DNA of 63,839 nt, filler included, from Octopus bimaculoides (GCF_001194135.2; 3 parts of 3 records of this genome joined end to end with filler, not necessarily neighbours in it), one strand, 5' to 3'; shown: positions 1 through 14,589, numbered from the whole stretch's first letter. Numbers and translations: made by a program. Notes: generated from the letters alone by a model not told the origin.

Positions 1-33
1 TATATATATATGCGTGTGTGTGTGTGTGTATAT

Positions 34-112
<79 letters not shown>

Positions 113-983
113 TGCGTGTGTGTCATACATATAGTTATGTATGTGTGTGAGAGAGAGTGAAAGAAAGAAAAAAGAAAGAAAAAAGAAAGAAAGTAAGAAG
201 GAAAGAAAGAAAGAAAGAAAGAAAGAAAGAAGGAAAGAGAATGTGTATTAAAGAAAGAAATAGAATGGGCATGCGTATTAGTACAAATCTATGTATCTCT
301 ATGAACCATATTCACAGTTATGTACGGTCTCAGTCTATGCAGTGCTTCAACATGTACGCTCAGTCAATGAACAAAAAAAAACTATGCACATTTCTCCTTG
401 TCTTTTGTTCTCGTCATTTTCTTGGACAGTTCAGTTCCGCCTGGGAAAAACCATTTCTTTGATTCTACACAACTGTACATGGAGACCAACAGATTTTCTA
501 GGATCTGTGAGATAACGCCACAGTTCACCTTATCTGTAGGTCGACGAATGTCACTACATACGTCTTCCGCCATATTGCTTAAATCTCCGATACATATAAC
601 TTTTCTCTCTCATTGATTAACCACTTATACAACAATCGCTTTCGGCCTATATTTGTTTTATTTTTATCGAACGTACGATTTTTTCTTTCTCTTTTGCTAG
701 TTCTTTCCGTTTTTATTTATTGTTTTTACACTTCAACATGTTTTCCGATTTCATGATATTTTAGTTAAGAAGAAAAAAAATAAGAAGGGGGAAAAAACAT
801 AGAAAATATCCCACTTTTCATCAGATTACCAAAAACTGAAGCACTGTAAGACGTGGATAGTATTGATTTCTGGAATAGGCACCAGGTACGTTTGCATGTG
901 TGTGTGTGAGTGAGAGAGAGTGCGTGAGTGTGTGTGAGTTTGTGTGTGCGTGCGCGTGTATGTATGTGCGTGCGTGTGTATGG

Positions 984-1038
<55 letters not shown>

Positions 1039-1116
1039 TATGCATTATGTATAGAGACCAGTAAATATGTAAGCATATATATGTATATATAGGCGTGTCT
1101 GTATAGCCATAGATAT

Positions 1117-1165
<49 letters not shown>

Positions 1166-1242
1166 CACTTATAATACAGATGCGTATGTGTATGTAAGCA
1201 GACACACACACATACGAACATATATATCTGCACATATACACA

Positions 1243-1302
<60 letters not shown>

Positions 1303-1410
1303 CATATATACATATATATATGTATAAACCTGTGTATAAAAATATGTATATATATATGTATATACAAATGTATATATATATATATAGGTATATACGAATG
1401 TATATATATG

Positions 1411-1455
<45 letters not shown>

Positions 1456-1480
1456 ATATGTGTGTGCATGTACATATGCA
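1..1480. repeat. Compound microsatellite block (TA, GT, GATA, GAAA, CA)
   Basis: Directly visible: (GATA)n at about 35-110, a purine-rich tract at 150-260, (TA)n at 985-1032 and (CA)n at 1120-1290. Confidence 0.95.
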
Positions 1481-3039
1481 CTTTTCAACGCCCTCACCGC
1501 AATGTACTTGAATCACTCCAATTAAGATTATAAAGTATTAATAAATAATTAGTCAGCACTTCGATTTGATCGAACAGTGAGTGCCATAGATGGAGTGGCT
1601 ATATTGTTCTTCAACATTCCCTATTCACCATTCTATGGAAGGCCATACGCTACATATTTTCTGAAACTCATATACAGAAACTTTATCCTCTATAACGAAC
1701 ATAATAATGAACTCGAATTACACAACTCACTCCCGCATACTTTCTCGTGTCTAATAAATCTTTGACAGGAACCTGATCATTTATTAATAAGTACAACACT
1801 CCCATCGTAAAATAAATTTCTAACAGAAGTTCAAAGTCAATGCGGCAGCTTGGCAAAATCGTTAGATAGCCGGCGAAAAAATGCTTTGCGGTACTTGTTT
1901 CAGGTTGGTTTTTACGTTCTGAGTTCAAATCCCACCGAGGTTAAGTTTGCCTTTCATTCCTTCGGAGTTGATAAAATAAAGTAGAAGTCAAATACAGGGA
2001 TCGATGTTATCGATTTTCCCCCTCCCCTTAAGATTGGTTGTCTCCAATCTGGAAATAGACCGGCGTCCTTTTCAGAGGGCATGTTATTCTCTGGGTCACC
2101 TATACGTTATGGAAACCGGCTTCCTGAGTCCTAGAGCTCAATAAAAATATATATAGTAAATATTGTGCGTACCTTTCTCATGAATTTAGAGTTGCTTGTA
2201 GAGTATCATCATATTATCACCTACTCTGCTACAGTATAATGGTGTGGTTACAACTGTACTTAGTAATAGTTATAAAAAACAGAGCAAATGTAAGACAAAT
2301 TATGTTTAACACAAATTTATATCATTTGTTCCCTACATATTTTCCTCCATTTGCAACCTTTGCACTGGATGCTCTAAGTGTGATTGAATGCTCAAACACA
2401 ACGGATCATCAAAGGAATACTTTATTGTATTATGCTGCAGAGATCATTTGAACCTTTACGCGCCTGGTCGGTTTTGCTGAACATGGTTTACAAAACTCCC
2501 TCAAGTCACATACTATGGTCTTTAAGAACACATTGGACTTTGTAGTATACATACAAAAAGTTCACTACTGGAATGTCTTTGATCAAGGTCAACTTAGTCG
2601 TAGCTCAGTCATCATCTGGTCTTAACTTTTCTGTCGTCGACTAATTACAAACTATGTCAAGTCATTAATATAGCAAATTGTCAGTTGATACTCTGTGACA
2701 TAATGGGTTCGTTTGCGCTAGATCTTGCCGCTAGATAGAATAAAATATATACTGGACTGGTTTCAAATCTACAACGATAAAGGGATTGTATTAGATATTC
2801 CTCATAATAACATTATCGACAGATAAAGCTATCATCCATTGTAACATACTCCTGGATATTCAGAACATTCAAACCTAGTGATAAAAAATGGAGTTCTTTT
2901 AAATTGGCACACTATTGAATAGTGCTACCGATTATTGTCCAGAGAATTCTCGATAGAATATTGACGTAATCATTCAACGTGCAAGGAATAAAAGTTCTGT
3001 CCTCAAAGAAACTGAACTTTTGAGACAGAGCGCAACATA

Positions 3040-3240
3040 TTCAAACCTAAAGTAGTTTGAATGGCTGCCTTTAACTCTCAGTTTAACAAAAGTCACATCA
3101 CTCCACATCAGTTAATGATTGATTTCCAACAAGTTAGAGTGAAGTTGTGTTAAGTGTACGTGGCGATTTATCGCAAGTTGACAATGAAAGATTTGGAAGA
3201 ACATCGTATTTGTGTGAAATTCTTTTACGAAAATATTTAA
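3040..3240 (+). mobile_element. mariner 5'-end fragment
   Basis: ATG at 3184 reads MKDLEEHRICVKFF, resembling a mariner N-terminus (EQR.C.KF). Confidence 0.5.
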
Positions 3241-4115
3241 GATGTTTGTGTATAGTATAATGTGAGTACACGTAAGAATGTATGCTAATATGTGACTAGA
3301 ATGGCGAACAGCAAGAAGGTAAAGACAACTTCTAGATATTGCTGTCTCGAGTTCTAAAACGTATAGAGCTCGTTACCAAGGAATATAAGTAACTGAGATC
3401 ACAGCATAACCCTTGAACTGAACGCCAGTCCATCGCAAGGTTAGCCATTTATTGATGAGTGTACTGGAGAAACGTTAAGTGAAACGTTTTTGTTTAAAAT
3501 ACGACGCACTACCCTGTGAGGTAATCGAAACCACGGTCTTGAATGCAACATTCTTAGACCAGCACCTTCACTAGAGTAACAAGAATGCGTAAATAATACT
3601 CTATCAACCTCATAAATAATGTGTATTAATTATCTCACCTCTGTATTTTTTACGTTCCAAATGGTCAAAGAGTTAAGTCTAACAATATCCACGAAAGAAA
3701 CAAAATACAATAATATATTTAAATATTTATCTCATCCTCGCCTTAACGTCAGAGCAGTATAAAGACTGAACCGACATAGAGACTGAACCAACAGAATAAC
3801 GTTCACTTAAATTACCTATGGAATATATAAACTTGACATGATCGTAAAATAGGAAATTAAGTACGTCGATAAAATTATTACTAGTAATAAACACGGAAAA
3901 GCAAGTCCTTATAGCATTCGATCACATAAAAGAACTTTAACGTACTAAACACAACACATTAACCACCAGTGTTCGCTTAAAATAACGTTCTTTTTCATTT
4001 ACTTGATTGATATCATAAAATGGTTAGATATAGAATTGCCCTCAATTGTAATTATAGAACGAAATATTACATGGGGTTGTCATTAAAATTAAGCAAACCC
4101 CAGGATCAAATAAGA

Positions 4116-4189
<74 letters not shown>

Positions 4190-4576
4190 CGTGCTTTTCT
4201 CTCATAACGTACATAACTATCTATATAGAACAACCCAAAATAGAATCAACAACTAACAATGAAAAAATAATTAAAATAAATAGACTAATTTTATAAATTC
4301 CAACGCTCCTGCTATGTTATTTCTTAGGTGGACCAGAGTTCAAACGCTTATAAACTATAACTATTTTAAAATATAATAAAATATTTGATTTTTTTCAAAA
4401 ATTGTTTACGTTATACATTCTTAAAATTCTCCACTGCAAACACAATTACCCTAATATAACAAGCGAATTCGATGAGTTGTTATAACATTCCAATCCATTC
4501 CTAAACAATCAATCGAAGCTTTCGTTCGTTCAAATGATTATTAAACTCCACCCACATCCTTTACTCTTTCGAAATA

Positions 4577-4877
4577 CAGTAATCCCTCGACTATCGCGAG
4601 TTGTTACGTTCCAAAACACCCCGTGATAAGGTGAAAATCCGTGAAGTAGAAACAGTGCTGTACTCTTTTACTCTTTTACTTGTTTCAGTTATTTGACTGC
4701 GGCCATGCTGGAGCACTGCCTTTAGTCGAAGAAATCGACCCCAAGTCTTATTCTTTGTAAGCCTCGTACTTATTCTATCTGTCTGTTTTTGCCGAACCGC
4801 TAAGTTACGGGAACGTAAACACACCAGCATCGGTTGTCAAGCGATGTTGGGGGGACAAACACAGACACAAACATACG

Positions 4878-4933
<56 letters not shown>

Positions 4934-5254
4934 CATATATATGACGGGCTTCTTTCAGTTTGCGTCTACCAAATCCACTCACAAGGTTTTGGTCGGCCCG
5001 AGGCTATAGTAGAAGACACTTGCCCAAGGTACCACGAAGAGGGACTGAACCCAGAACCATGTGGTTGGTAAGCAAGTTACTTACCACAAAGCCACTCCTG
5101 CGCCTGTATATTTTTTTAATATTATTTTTATAATTTGTATATATTTATTTTATTATAAATGCAAAACACCACAGAGGAATCGTCGTAAGCTTAAATAATA
5201 AACTGCGATAGGTGAACCGTGATAGGTGAACCGCGAAATGGCGAAGGGTTACTG
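4577..5254. mobile_element. Tigger-type MITE interrupted by a SINE
   Basis: TA|CAGTAATCCCTCGACTATCGCG ... CGCGAAATGGCGAAGGGTTACTG termini, with a SINE inserted at 4661-5104. Confidence 0.7.
4661..5104 (-). mobile_element. tRNA-derived SINE family A (representative full copy)
   Basis: Head GGCGCAGGAGTGGC..TGTGGTAAG...GGTTC.GGGTTCAGTCCC with A/B boxes, an internal CA/TA microsatellite and a GTAAAAGA tail. Further copies at about 15322-15747(-), 22081-22506(-), 23831-24214(-), 28305-28740(+), 28993-29287(+), 30358-30871(+, split), 37929-38225(-), 56180-56300(+) and 61520-62120(+). Confidence 0.9.
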
Positions 5255-6191
5255 TCGATCTATACAGTATCGTACCATGCAATATATTGTACCCTATATT
5301 GAGTCAACAGACTCTGATTTTGAAGTTGGTTAATTAGCTTACGGTGTGTTAAAAGCAATTTTAGTCTTTACTTTTTAAGTGGATTAATAAAGATTAGATA
5401 TACTCTGCTTTGGAATCGTATTAATTTGTACCTGTTTCTGTTAAATAAACCATGATCTTTACTTTTCATCATTTAACTTTCATCTTATAAGTATTACACT
5501 GAACACATGGTACATTATGATATATTTTAAGAATGCTAAGTAGATTAATAAATATCATACAACCCAAGCTTTAGAAGTGTATTAATTCGAATCCGTTAAA
5601 TACGATTTCACTCTTTACTGTTCATAGTTTATTATATACTTTAAGTATACATTTAGACTGTTTCCACAAAAAGCGGAAAGTCCAAAAATCTGAAACATCC
5701 GGGCCCAAGTTTGGCAGATGATTTTGTCCGGTCTTGTATAAGTAAATCATTCTGATTCCCATTATTGTTACTTTGAAGAGTTCGTAAGAGCTGAATAATC
5801 GTACATTTACAGCAATCAACAATATATTATTCATCATTCGTTCGCTTTACGCCTGTTTTTCGAAGCTGGATGAGGAGTGACTTTGAAGCAGCATTTTACG
5901 ACCAGATTCTCTACCTGTCATCAACCATCACTTGTTATGTTTTTGAAGTGAAGGATTTATATATTCCACAGGTCTTCGAAAGCACAGAGTGACTGGTTGT
6001 AATGTTAACAAGGAACGTAACCATCACTGTTGTCTCACTCAAATGGTGATAACTGGAATATGAGCATACACGTGCATTCGTATGCACCGTCCTACACACA
6101 AACATACGTATATAAATACATACATGCATACATACATATACATATATGACTACACATACACAAAATACACATACACACAAATACGCACACA

Positions 6192-6231
<40 letters not shown>

Positions 6232-6589
6232 AGCGAGTTTTCTACACTTTTCATCAACCGAATTACTCGCAAGGTATAGGTCGACCCGGGGCTATGGTAG
6301 AAGCTACTTGTACAAAATGTTGAAATCACATGGTTGCGCATGAATTTCGTAACCGTACTGCTATGCTTATGCCTATACATGCATATGTACATACACGCAC
6401 ACGCACGCACGCGCACACACACATAAATAGAGAGAGAGAGAGACGACAGACGGACAGACAGACAAACAGACAGGGAGGCACGCAGACAGACAGACAGAAG
6501 CACAATTACTAACACAGACACTCACACACAGCCATACACATGCATATAGACACACACAAGAAGCTAGTTAGTCAGACTGATAGACAGAC

Positions 6590-6630
<41 letters not shown>

Positions 6631-7639
6631 GGTAGATAGATAATGTATATACACGCACATGTACACACACGCAGACATACAAATACATGCGTGTGGACAT
6701 CCAGACATCTGAGTATGAACTATAGATAGAGGGAGAAGAGATAGTACACAATATAAAACGTAAATGTGTATTTTTTATTCAATACAGTATCCAATAGTAT
6801 AACTCTACATAAAATATCCAATGTAGAATTATAAAACATACTTTATTGGAAGCTAAAACTTCACAAACTGTTAGTCCAAGATCTCCGTTTCCGATCTTCG
6901 AACGATTATGAAAGCATAAAAGTGGGGATCGTAACGAGGCTATTTATAAGATATAAAGACATTTTAATATCCAACCAAGCTTTGATTGGATAAAGTTAAA
7001 ACAAATGTATTTTATGGCCTGACAACCGATATATGAACAATAAATGAGATAGCGGGAGATTTGCCAGTTAGAGAGAAGAATAGAAAAGAAACAGCGAAAT
7101 TATGTACAAGAAAAAGTAAAATATATTGTTAATAATCATATATTAAGAATTATGATGGGAAAGGGAAATAAATCGACTGTTTTAAAATGAAGACTCTTTA
7201 AAAGAAGGCAAGAATGCAATGAAAAAGTAGCAGCGAAAGAACCAAGTGTTCTCAAATTTACAGATTTACACAGGTCGTTTTGTTTCTTTGTTGTCAAAAA
7301 ATTTGGATCCGGACTAGATGTTTGTTGACACACAGAATCCGAAAATGACATTCATTTAGTACCAACACGTCAAGACTTTAAGATTCTGGATCCATAGAAT
7401 TTCATTATTTTTAGTTTTGTTTTGTTTTGTTCTGTATTTTGTTGGGGGTTTTTTTTTCAGTAAAACTTCAGAAACAAGGCATAACATATAAACAAACATA
7501 GAAATTGGTATTTCTTCAAAACCAGAGTGTTTTCTTGAAATTCTGCTAAAAAAAAAAAAACTAAGAAAAATCTTTAAATTTCTACAGGAAAATTACATCG
7601 TTGTTTATGCCTAATTTCCCATGCAATGGGAAATTTGCG

Positions 7640-8330
7640 TTTGGATGATTTTCTTGAGTGCTGAACCTCAGGAAGATCACAAGCCAAGGTCCAGTAATAG
7701 TCCGCCATCATATGCAAGTCCCCATCTGCATTGATACCTTTGTTCCATTGATTTTATTTCCTGATCGAAACATTCTCCCTACTCGTGACTTGTCCCACCA
7801 AAATTTTCAGGGAATTTATCAAGGTGACTGTGAAGATAGTGCAGCTTAATATTCCTATTTGCTCCCATCTTTTGGAAGTTCTCTAGCATGTTGTCAACTA
7901 ATTCGTCATAGTTGGCTGCTTTCTTGTTGCTCTGAAAGTCATTTGCAGCTATTTCAAATGTTGCTGCTTCGATGCAGTTCACTGAATTTGCAAAGCTTCC
8001 ATCTTTCATCACTTTCCTGATTTGAGGCTCATCAATTACTCCAGTTTTTATCTTTTCAGTGCTCAGACTGGAAAATGTGCTGCAGATATAGGGAAAGCAT
8101 GATCCATCTTTATCCAGAGCTTCAACAAACTGCTTCATAGTGCCAAGTTTGGTATGGAATGGCGGTACGATGAAATTTCCCGGATAAACTAAAGGCTCTT
8201 CAACCACACTAAAAGAACCTGGAACTAATGTTCGCAGCGGCCATTCTTTGATCACCCAATGCTTGTCCCTGGCTCTGATGTTCCACATACATAAAAAATA
8301 TGGATATTTAGTGTATCATTTTGTTGCCCC
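7640..8330 (-). mobile_element. Chapaev3-like (CMC superfamily) transposase C-terminal fragment
   Basis: PPFHTKLGTMKQFVEALDK...KLHYLHSHLDKFPEN.G..S.E*GECFDQEIKSMEQRYQCRWDLHMMADYYW resembles the PPLHIKLGLMK...HFLHSHLDFFP...HGERFHQDI...MLADYCW family. The superfamily label is from memory. Confidence 0.65.
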
Positions 8331-8569
8331 AGAAGCAAATCAACCAGAAGCAAATTATCCAAACGTATATCACACACTGATGTGATCGTAAAAAAATATT
8401 TCATTTTATGGATCAGCACATCAAAAAAATCTTCAAATCAAGTTTTGACAACAAAATACCTGTTGGGATGTGCTATTTATTGGTGGGATATTACTACAAA
8501 TTAAACGTTTGGAGACATGACGAAAAAACCGCTGCAATTTAGACCTTTCATTTAACCTAAGCAAGTCTT

Positions 8570-8574
8570 GACGT

Positions 8575-8610
<36 letters not shown>

Positions 8611-8618
8611 CGCTGCTG

Positions 8619-8649
<31 letters not shown>

Positions 8650-8941
8650 CACTCTCGCCTCTTATTACTACATTTTCTTTTGCCTCATATTTTTCAAATT
8701 TTTCTCTTTCCCCCCTCTTCTCCTCCTACTCCTCTTCTTCGTACTACTTTCGTTGTTGATCGTATCCTACCACATCTACACCCACCGGTCCTTGTTGCAT
8801 CCGCCATATCTCCGAACACGAAAAGTTGAGTTTGATCGTTAATCCGACGTTATTCTATCTGTCAGCTTGATATGTCGTTGTAAACAGCTTTTACTACTCT
8901 TCCATCTCTTGTCAGACGCTGCTTCAATGTTATAAACAGAC

Positions 8942-8987
<46 letters not shown>

Positions 8988-9283
8988 ATCTATCTATCTA
9001 TCTATCTATCTATTTCTATCTCTCTCTCTTTCTCTCCTTCTCTCTCTCTTTCCCTCTCTCTCTCTTTCCCTCTCTCTCTCTATCAATTTGTCTATCTATC
9101 TATCTCTATCTCTTTCTCTCCCTCTCCCTCTTTCCTCTCTCTCTGGGTCATATATGCATGTATGTATATATATATATGTATACACACAGATACACACACG
9201 CACACGTATTTATCTGTGTGCGCGTGCGCCTGTGCTTATAAATATATGCGTATACACAAACACACATAGCTATATATAAATGG

Positions 9284-9318
<35 letters not shown>

Positions 9319-9420
9319 CATATCTTTATATATATATGCATGCATATATATACCCTTACACAAGTTTATAAGCATATGCATGGAGCATGTTTTGCAAAAT
9401 AGATTATGTGTGTGTATGTG
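8570..9420. repeat. Compound microsatellite block (CTA, CT, TATC, GT)
   Basis: Directly visible simple repeats. Confidence 0.9.
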
Positions 9421-9819
9421 TGTGTGTGGTGTATGTTGTGTGTGTTGTTTCAAGAATCGAAAATACCAAGGATGGGTACGGCGAAAGAGGATGGAAAAGT
9501 ACGAACGGAACTTGGAGAGATAAAATGTGACATTAACAAGTCAACATACACTTATAAAAGAGAAACCGAAAGACATGTAGAGCGAGAAAGAAAAGCTAGA
9601 GAAGAAGAGAGAGAGAAAGACTGAGCAGACGACATAGTTTATTGTGTGACCAGCAGACAAAATAAAACAATGTTATATCGTTAGACTGTTATTGATGTTT
9701 TTATCGATAGTTTTATAATTCTATTTTAATGTCATCAATAAATTAAAGAATCTATTGGGAATATAATGTTCGGTGACCGCATAATGAACCCATAAACCTA
9801 GTGCTTATGTATGTATGTA

Positions 9820-10110
9820 TATCAAGATATCGAGCTTACAATGCATAACAATATTGTGTCACTTGTTTTTACCTCAACTGGGCCTGCCATATTCAACATT
9901 ATTCCGTCAGAAATCAAGGAAGAAATAATCCAGTAATATTCACACATTATTTTGGACAAATTCCTCCAAGAAATATCAAAGAAACGACCCGAAACCTGGA
10001 TATATTTCAGCAAACAAATTTCTACTCGAATATGCTATGGTCTCCTAAAATAACGATCGTTCCAGGTGGTGCTATTAAATCAGACAGTCTGGACGAATAA
10101 TGGCCAAAAC
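9820..10110 (+). mobile_element. LINE (CR1-like) 3' remnant
   Basis: GPAIFNIIPSEIKE...LDKFLQEI resembles the GP.LFN.LP...LDKFL ORF2 terminus. Confidence 0.5.
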
Positions 10111-10284
10111 CTATCTAAGTAATCGATTACACACTCGCGCATGATCATGCGCAAGTGTTGTTACCGAAAGCAATGCACAAGTTGGCATAACTTTTTAGTT
10201 GACTGATACAGATTGTTCGAGTTGCATATATTGGTAGAGTTGGAGTTGCTCTTCCTCTACACCTAGATACAACTACTTAACATT

Positions 10285-11060
10285 GACTCTATCAGAAGTT
10301 AGGCATTTGTGCCTTCATTGAACTCAACTCTCAAATCCTCTTTAAAGATATTTAGGTATGTGCTGTTATTATTTCATCTTCACAGCCACTTTCACTAAGT
10401 ATATGTCATAAAATATGTCCCCGAAAATTGTTGCCCTGAACTGGTAGAAGTCGATGGGTACCAGATTCGGGCTATGCAGTGGATGAGGAAATTCCATATT
10501 GACCAGCCCAGATTACCTATTGACTGATCTATTGCCAAAGACGTGTGCTGTCATGCAGAGTTATGATAAATGTAGATAGTTTTCTAATTATTTTTCCGTC
10601 TCTTCCTCTTAATGGCTTGTTTCAGGAAATCCTTGGAATCCCCAAAAACAGTAATCATGTCTTTCTCTAACAATTATGGTCTCTTGAACATATCAGGCCT
10701 TGATGATTACGTGTAACGCTATTCCATGGATTGAGATTTCGTTTCCGGATCAGAAAAAAATGCGTTTCATCTCCCGTCTTCATTGGCTTCAAACGTTTCC
10801 AGCAGACTCCCCACGTTCTCTCCTTCGAATCGGGTGTCAACACGAAGTACTCACTTTGCACACACTTTTGTTCTGCTCAAAGTCTTCCACCATCTTTTCT
10901 GATGCATTATGACCACATTCCAGTTCTGCCGCCTGCTCACAGATTGTACAATTCGTCTGTCTATGCGAATCAAATTGTTCACTCCTTGGCGATTTGTATC
11001 ACTGATCGCAGTTGATGGTTTCCCAAACTTTTTCATCCACTTGTGCACACTGCACAATTA
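10285..11060 (-). mobile_element. mariner transposase relic
   Basis: SVHKWMKKF, DRRI, KVCAK, TGDETHFF..PETK and HSPNLVPIDFY (PYSPDLAPSDF-like). Many stops. Confidence 0.85.
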
Positions 11061-12289
11061 ATAAAGAGGTTATGTCCACAAACAGTGAAAAAAAAAAATT
11101 AATTCCAACGAAATTGAATCGCCTACAGTCTAAAATATTGATTTGATGTTGCGATAAAATGATCGCCATCAAAAATGAGTATTCTAGAGATATACACTGT
11201 ATAAATGTATCACGATGCTATGCACCAGGCTTCTTTAGGATAAAATGACTGTAATTTAACTCAAATATTAGAGACCAAATCGAACAAACTTGAAAGAAAA
11301 AATATTTAAGGTATAAATTAAACTTAATTTTAGGCTATAAACCGGTGTAAGATGGAAAAAAACATCATTTAAAGTAAACAAGGCAGAGACGAACAAGTGA
11401 CAAGCTTCTGCGTAAATGAAAGTCGAAAATATGTAAAATTATATAACGGAATATAATTATAGGCAGCTATATTCATATCTTAGAGAAGACTAGTAATAAC
11501 GAGGAAATGACATAGAAAATATACAAATACAAATAAAGTAAAATTCATATACACTCCTACCTACAAGCATTTATAACTAATAGAGCTTGACTCGTTAATA
11601 AGCATTGGTATGAATTGTTTACAACTGATAAATATAAAACCAGGGTAATAAATGAATATATAAATAAAGAAATGCATTAAAAAAATCCGGATGCATATAA
11701 ATATGATAATAATAAACACATCCGGAAACATACAAATATGATAATAAATATTTATGCGTGCAATTTAATAGAGGTCCGAGTACAAAAATGTAAACAATTT
11801 GTTGATTTGTTCATAACTACATCGTGGGGTGTGGGGAAGAAATTCACTCAATAATGCACCAGAGTGACTGCAGCCATCTTTCTCTCGAGATTTCATGCTG
11901 GGAAATTAAACAGAATGACCAAACACATTTTAAAGGGCTTCTAGTAAAAAAACAGAAATAGGTCATATATATATATATTTGGTTGTTTCACATGAAATGT
12001 TGCATTTTTAATTACTTCTTATTTCAGTCATTTAAAAACTCAATTATGTATACCTTGCATTTAATCTTGACTCTTTTTTTCTCCCAACAATATTGGTATA
12101 CAAAATTCGTACCCACAGACCTTATGAAAATGATAACAACCAAACTATGTTGAGTGATTTTCTTATATAAGTACAAACTGGGTCACTCTTTGCTTTCTCG
12201 ACTGGAAAAAGACCATTTTTGCATCAAATCATAACCTGTGATGAGAAATAAATACTCTTTGACAACAGCAGGAGAACAGGACAATGATT

Positions 12290-13530
12290 AGATGCAGGAG
12301 AGTCACCTAAACACTACCCAAACCCACCATTGCACCCTAAAATGTTATTGGTCACTGGAAGTGGCTTGATTGTTGGATACTGATACAAGAAGCTAACCTT
12401 CTACTGACCATATCTTGTCAACCTTTAATAGCAAGCTCTTAATGAGAACAGCAGCATACCACACTGGTTAGCTCTGGCAGAGACAAAACTAATCCCCAAA
12501 TGCAGAACCACCCACATGGCAATTGCATGCCTTGTGGATTAATTGCATGCCAGAACTTAATGTATAAAATATATACCACATGTTTAAACTTCTCCCTCCA
12601 AGACCATTGTGAAGGTAATAGCATTATCACAGCAGAAGAAGCAGCTGGGAAGAAGGGAGTCTGGGGATGTGCCGAGCAACTAACTGGTAATAAACAAACC
12701 TGTAAGGCCAGAGGTGCGGAAGCACAGGAGGAACCTCAGTTCAATGTGACTGGACTACGAGAAAGCCTTTGACTCTGTCCCCCACTTATAGATGCGAGAA
12801 GTCCTTGGACTTGCTAAAATTTCTGTGAGCAGAGTCACAGCCATAGCTGACCTGAGTTCATCGTGGGCCACCATCTTGAAATTAAATACAAGGAGTGACT
12901 GTATTATCACTGATAGAATACAGTATCGCAGAGGCATATTCGAGTGGGACAGCTCTATGATGTTGTTTATATTTTTTGTAAACCCCTTGTCATTCATGTT
13001 AAAGAAGTCTGAAGGATATCTCACTGGTTCACAAGGAAACTGAAACATCAAAATTACACTTTGTTTCTTTGTGGATGACTTGAATCTGCATGCAAAGAAT
13101 ATGCAAGAGATAAAACAGAGCCATTACCTGGTTGCAACATTCTCAAAGCATATAGGGTTGGAGTTTGGTCAGGATAAACGTTGCTATATGATTGTGAAAA
13201 GAGGGAAAACTAAAACAGATTAATAATATCTCCATCAATGACTTAACTGTTTCCCCTTGTATCTGACAAGGAATGTTACAGGTACATTGGGAGTGAATGA
13301 AAACATCTTGCGATGGCACCTGTAACAGGACACGTGTCACTAAAGAATATTACAGCTGAATTGAGAAAATATGAACCTCGAAACTCTCTTCATTTGATAA
13401 AACACTGGTCTACAATGTATTTCCAGTGCCAGTACTCATACCAACGTTTGTGCTACTTGATTGGATGCTTGATGAGATCCGAGCCATTGATGTGAAAACC
13501 CAAAAGATACTAACCAGCACACATAATTTC
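12290..13530 (+). mobile_element. R4/Dong-like non-LTR retrotransposon RT fragment, degenerate
   Basis: IACQNLMYKIYT, GKKGVWGC, DYEKAFDSVPH, RGIF..DS, VNPLSFML and FFVDDL. Frameshifted. Confidence 0.8.
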
Positions 13531-14018
13531 CACGTCAAGTAGTTTTTCTTAAAAAACTTCCATATATTTTCTTGGCTCACTATGAGTAACTATTTGTTTA
13601 TCTTGTTATCTATTTGTTTCTATGTATGTGTGCAAGTAGAGTGTAGATGTTTACGGCTGGAGTAAGAGATGCAACGGAGGAAGTGCTCTGAACCTGGCAA
13701 AAAGTCAATTAACTGTACTTCATCCTACCTCACTCCCTCATCTTTTCATTTTTTTCATTTCCATTCTTGTTTCAATAGGAATAAGTCAACAAGTTTCTTT
13801 CTCTCACAAAACATTTCTTTCCTGGTGATATATATAGTCACAATGAGGATGTTTAAACCTCTTATCCAAAATACACTGGTTTAATATATTTTGAAGAGAT
13901 ATTTCTTCAATGAATATATTATATGAAATATTGTAAAATATCAAATATTATTATCGAGTTAGAAAACAGAGAGATCTAATGGGTACATATTAATTGAATT
14001 AATTAACATATTCAACTA

Positions 14019-14265
14019 CAGTTGTTTCATTTCACAAACAAAATTAAAATTACGAAACATATAAATATATAATTTTGCATTTTAAATGCCTTATATGGAA
14101 ACTTATCAGGGTATAAATAAACATGACTATATATTCTGAATATTCCAGACGGATTATAATGTAATCCTTGTATTGTCCTTTGTACACCGGAATGATTATT
14201 TGAAATGCAAAATTATATATTTATATGTTTTGTAAATCCAATTTTGTTTGTGAAATGAAAGAATT
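14019..14265. mobile_element. MITE-like inverted repeat running into a gap
   Basis: Arms of about 63 bp at 14025-14087 and 14198-14260. The left end begins TA|CAGT. Confidence 0.65.
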
Positions 14266-14399
14266 NNNNNNNNNNNNNNNNNNNNNNNNNNNNNNNNNNN
14301 NNNNNNNNNNNNNNNNNNNNNNNNNNNNNNNNNNNNNNNNNNNNNNNNNNNNNNNNNNNNNNNNNNNNNNNNNNNNNNNNNNNNNNNNNNNNNNNNNNN

Positions 14400-14464
<65 letters not shown>

Positions 14465-14589
14465 AAATAAGTGGTGAAACTTCCAGTGCTGATACAATGA
14501 CACTACTACTAAGTAAAAATCGGTTACTGAAGAGGCCACATACCAGAGTAGGTATACAAAGTGGATGAAACTGTACAATTGTAGAAGCT

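Noticed and set aside
765-1516. Long ORFs rich in HT, YI and CV dipeptides (and similar ORFs throughout the window)
   Set aside because: These are translations of (CA)n, (TA)n and (GT)n microsatellites.
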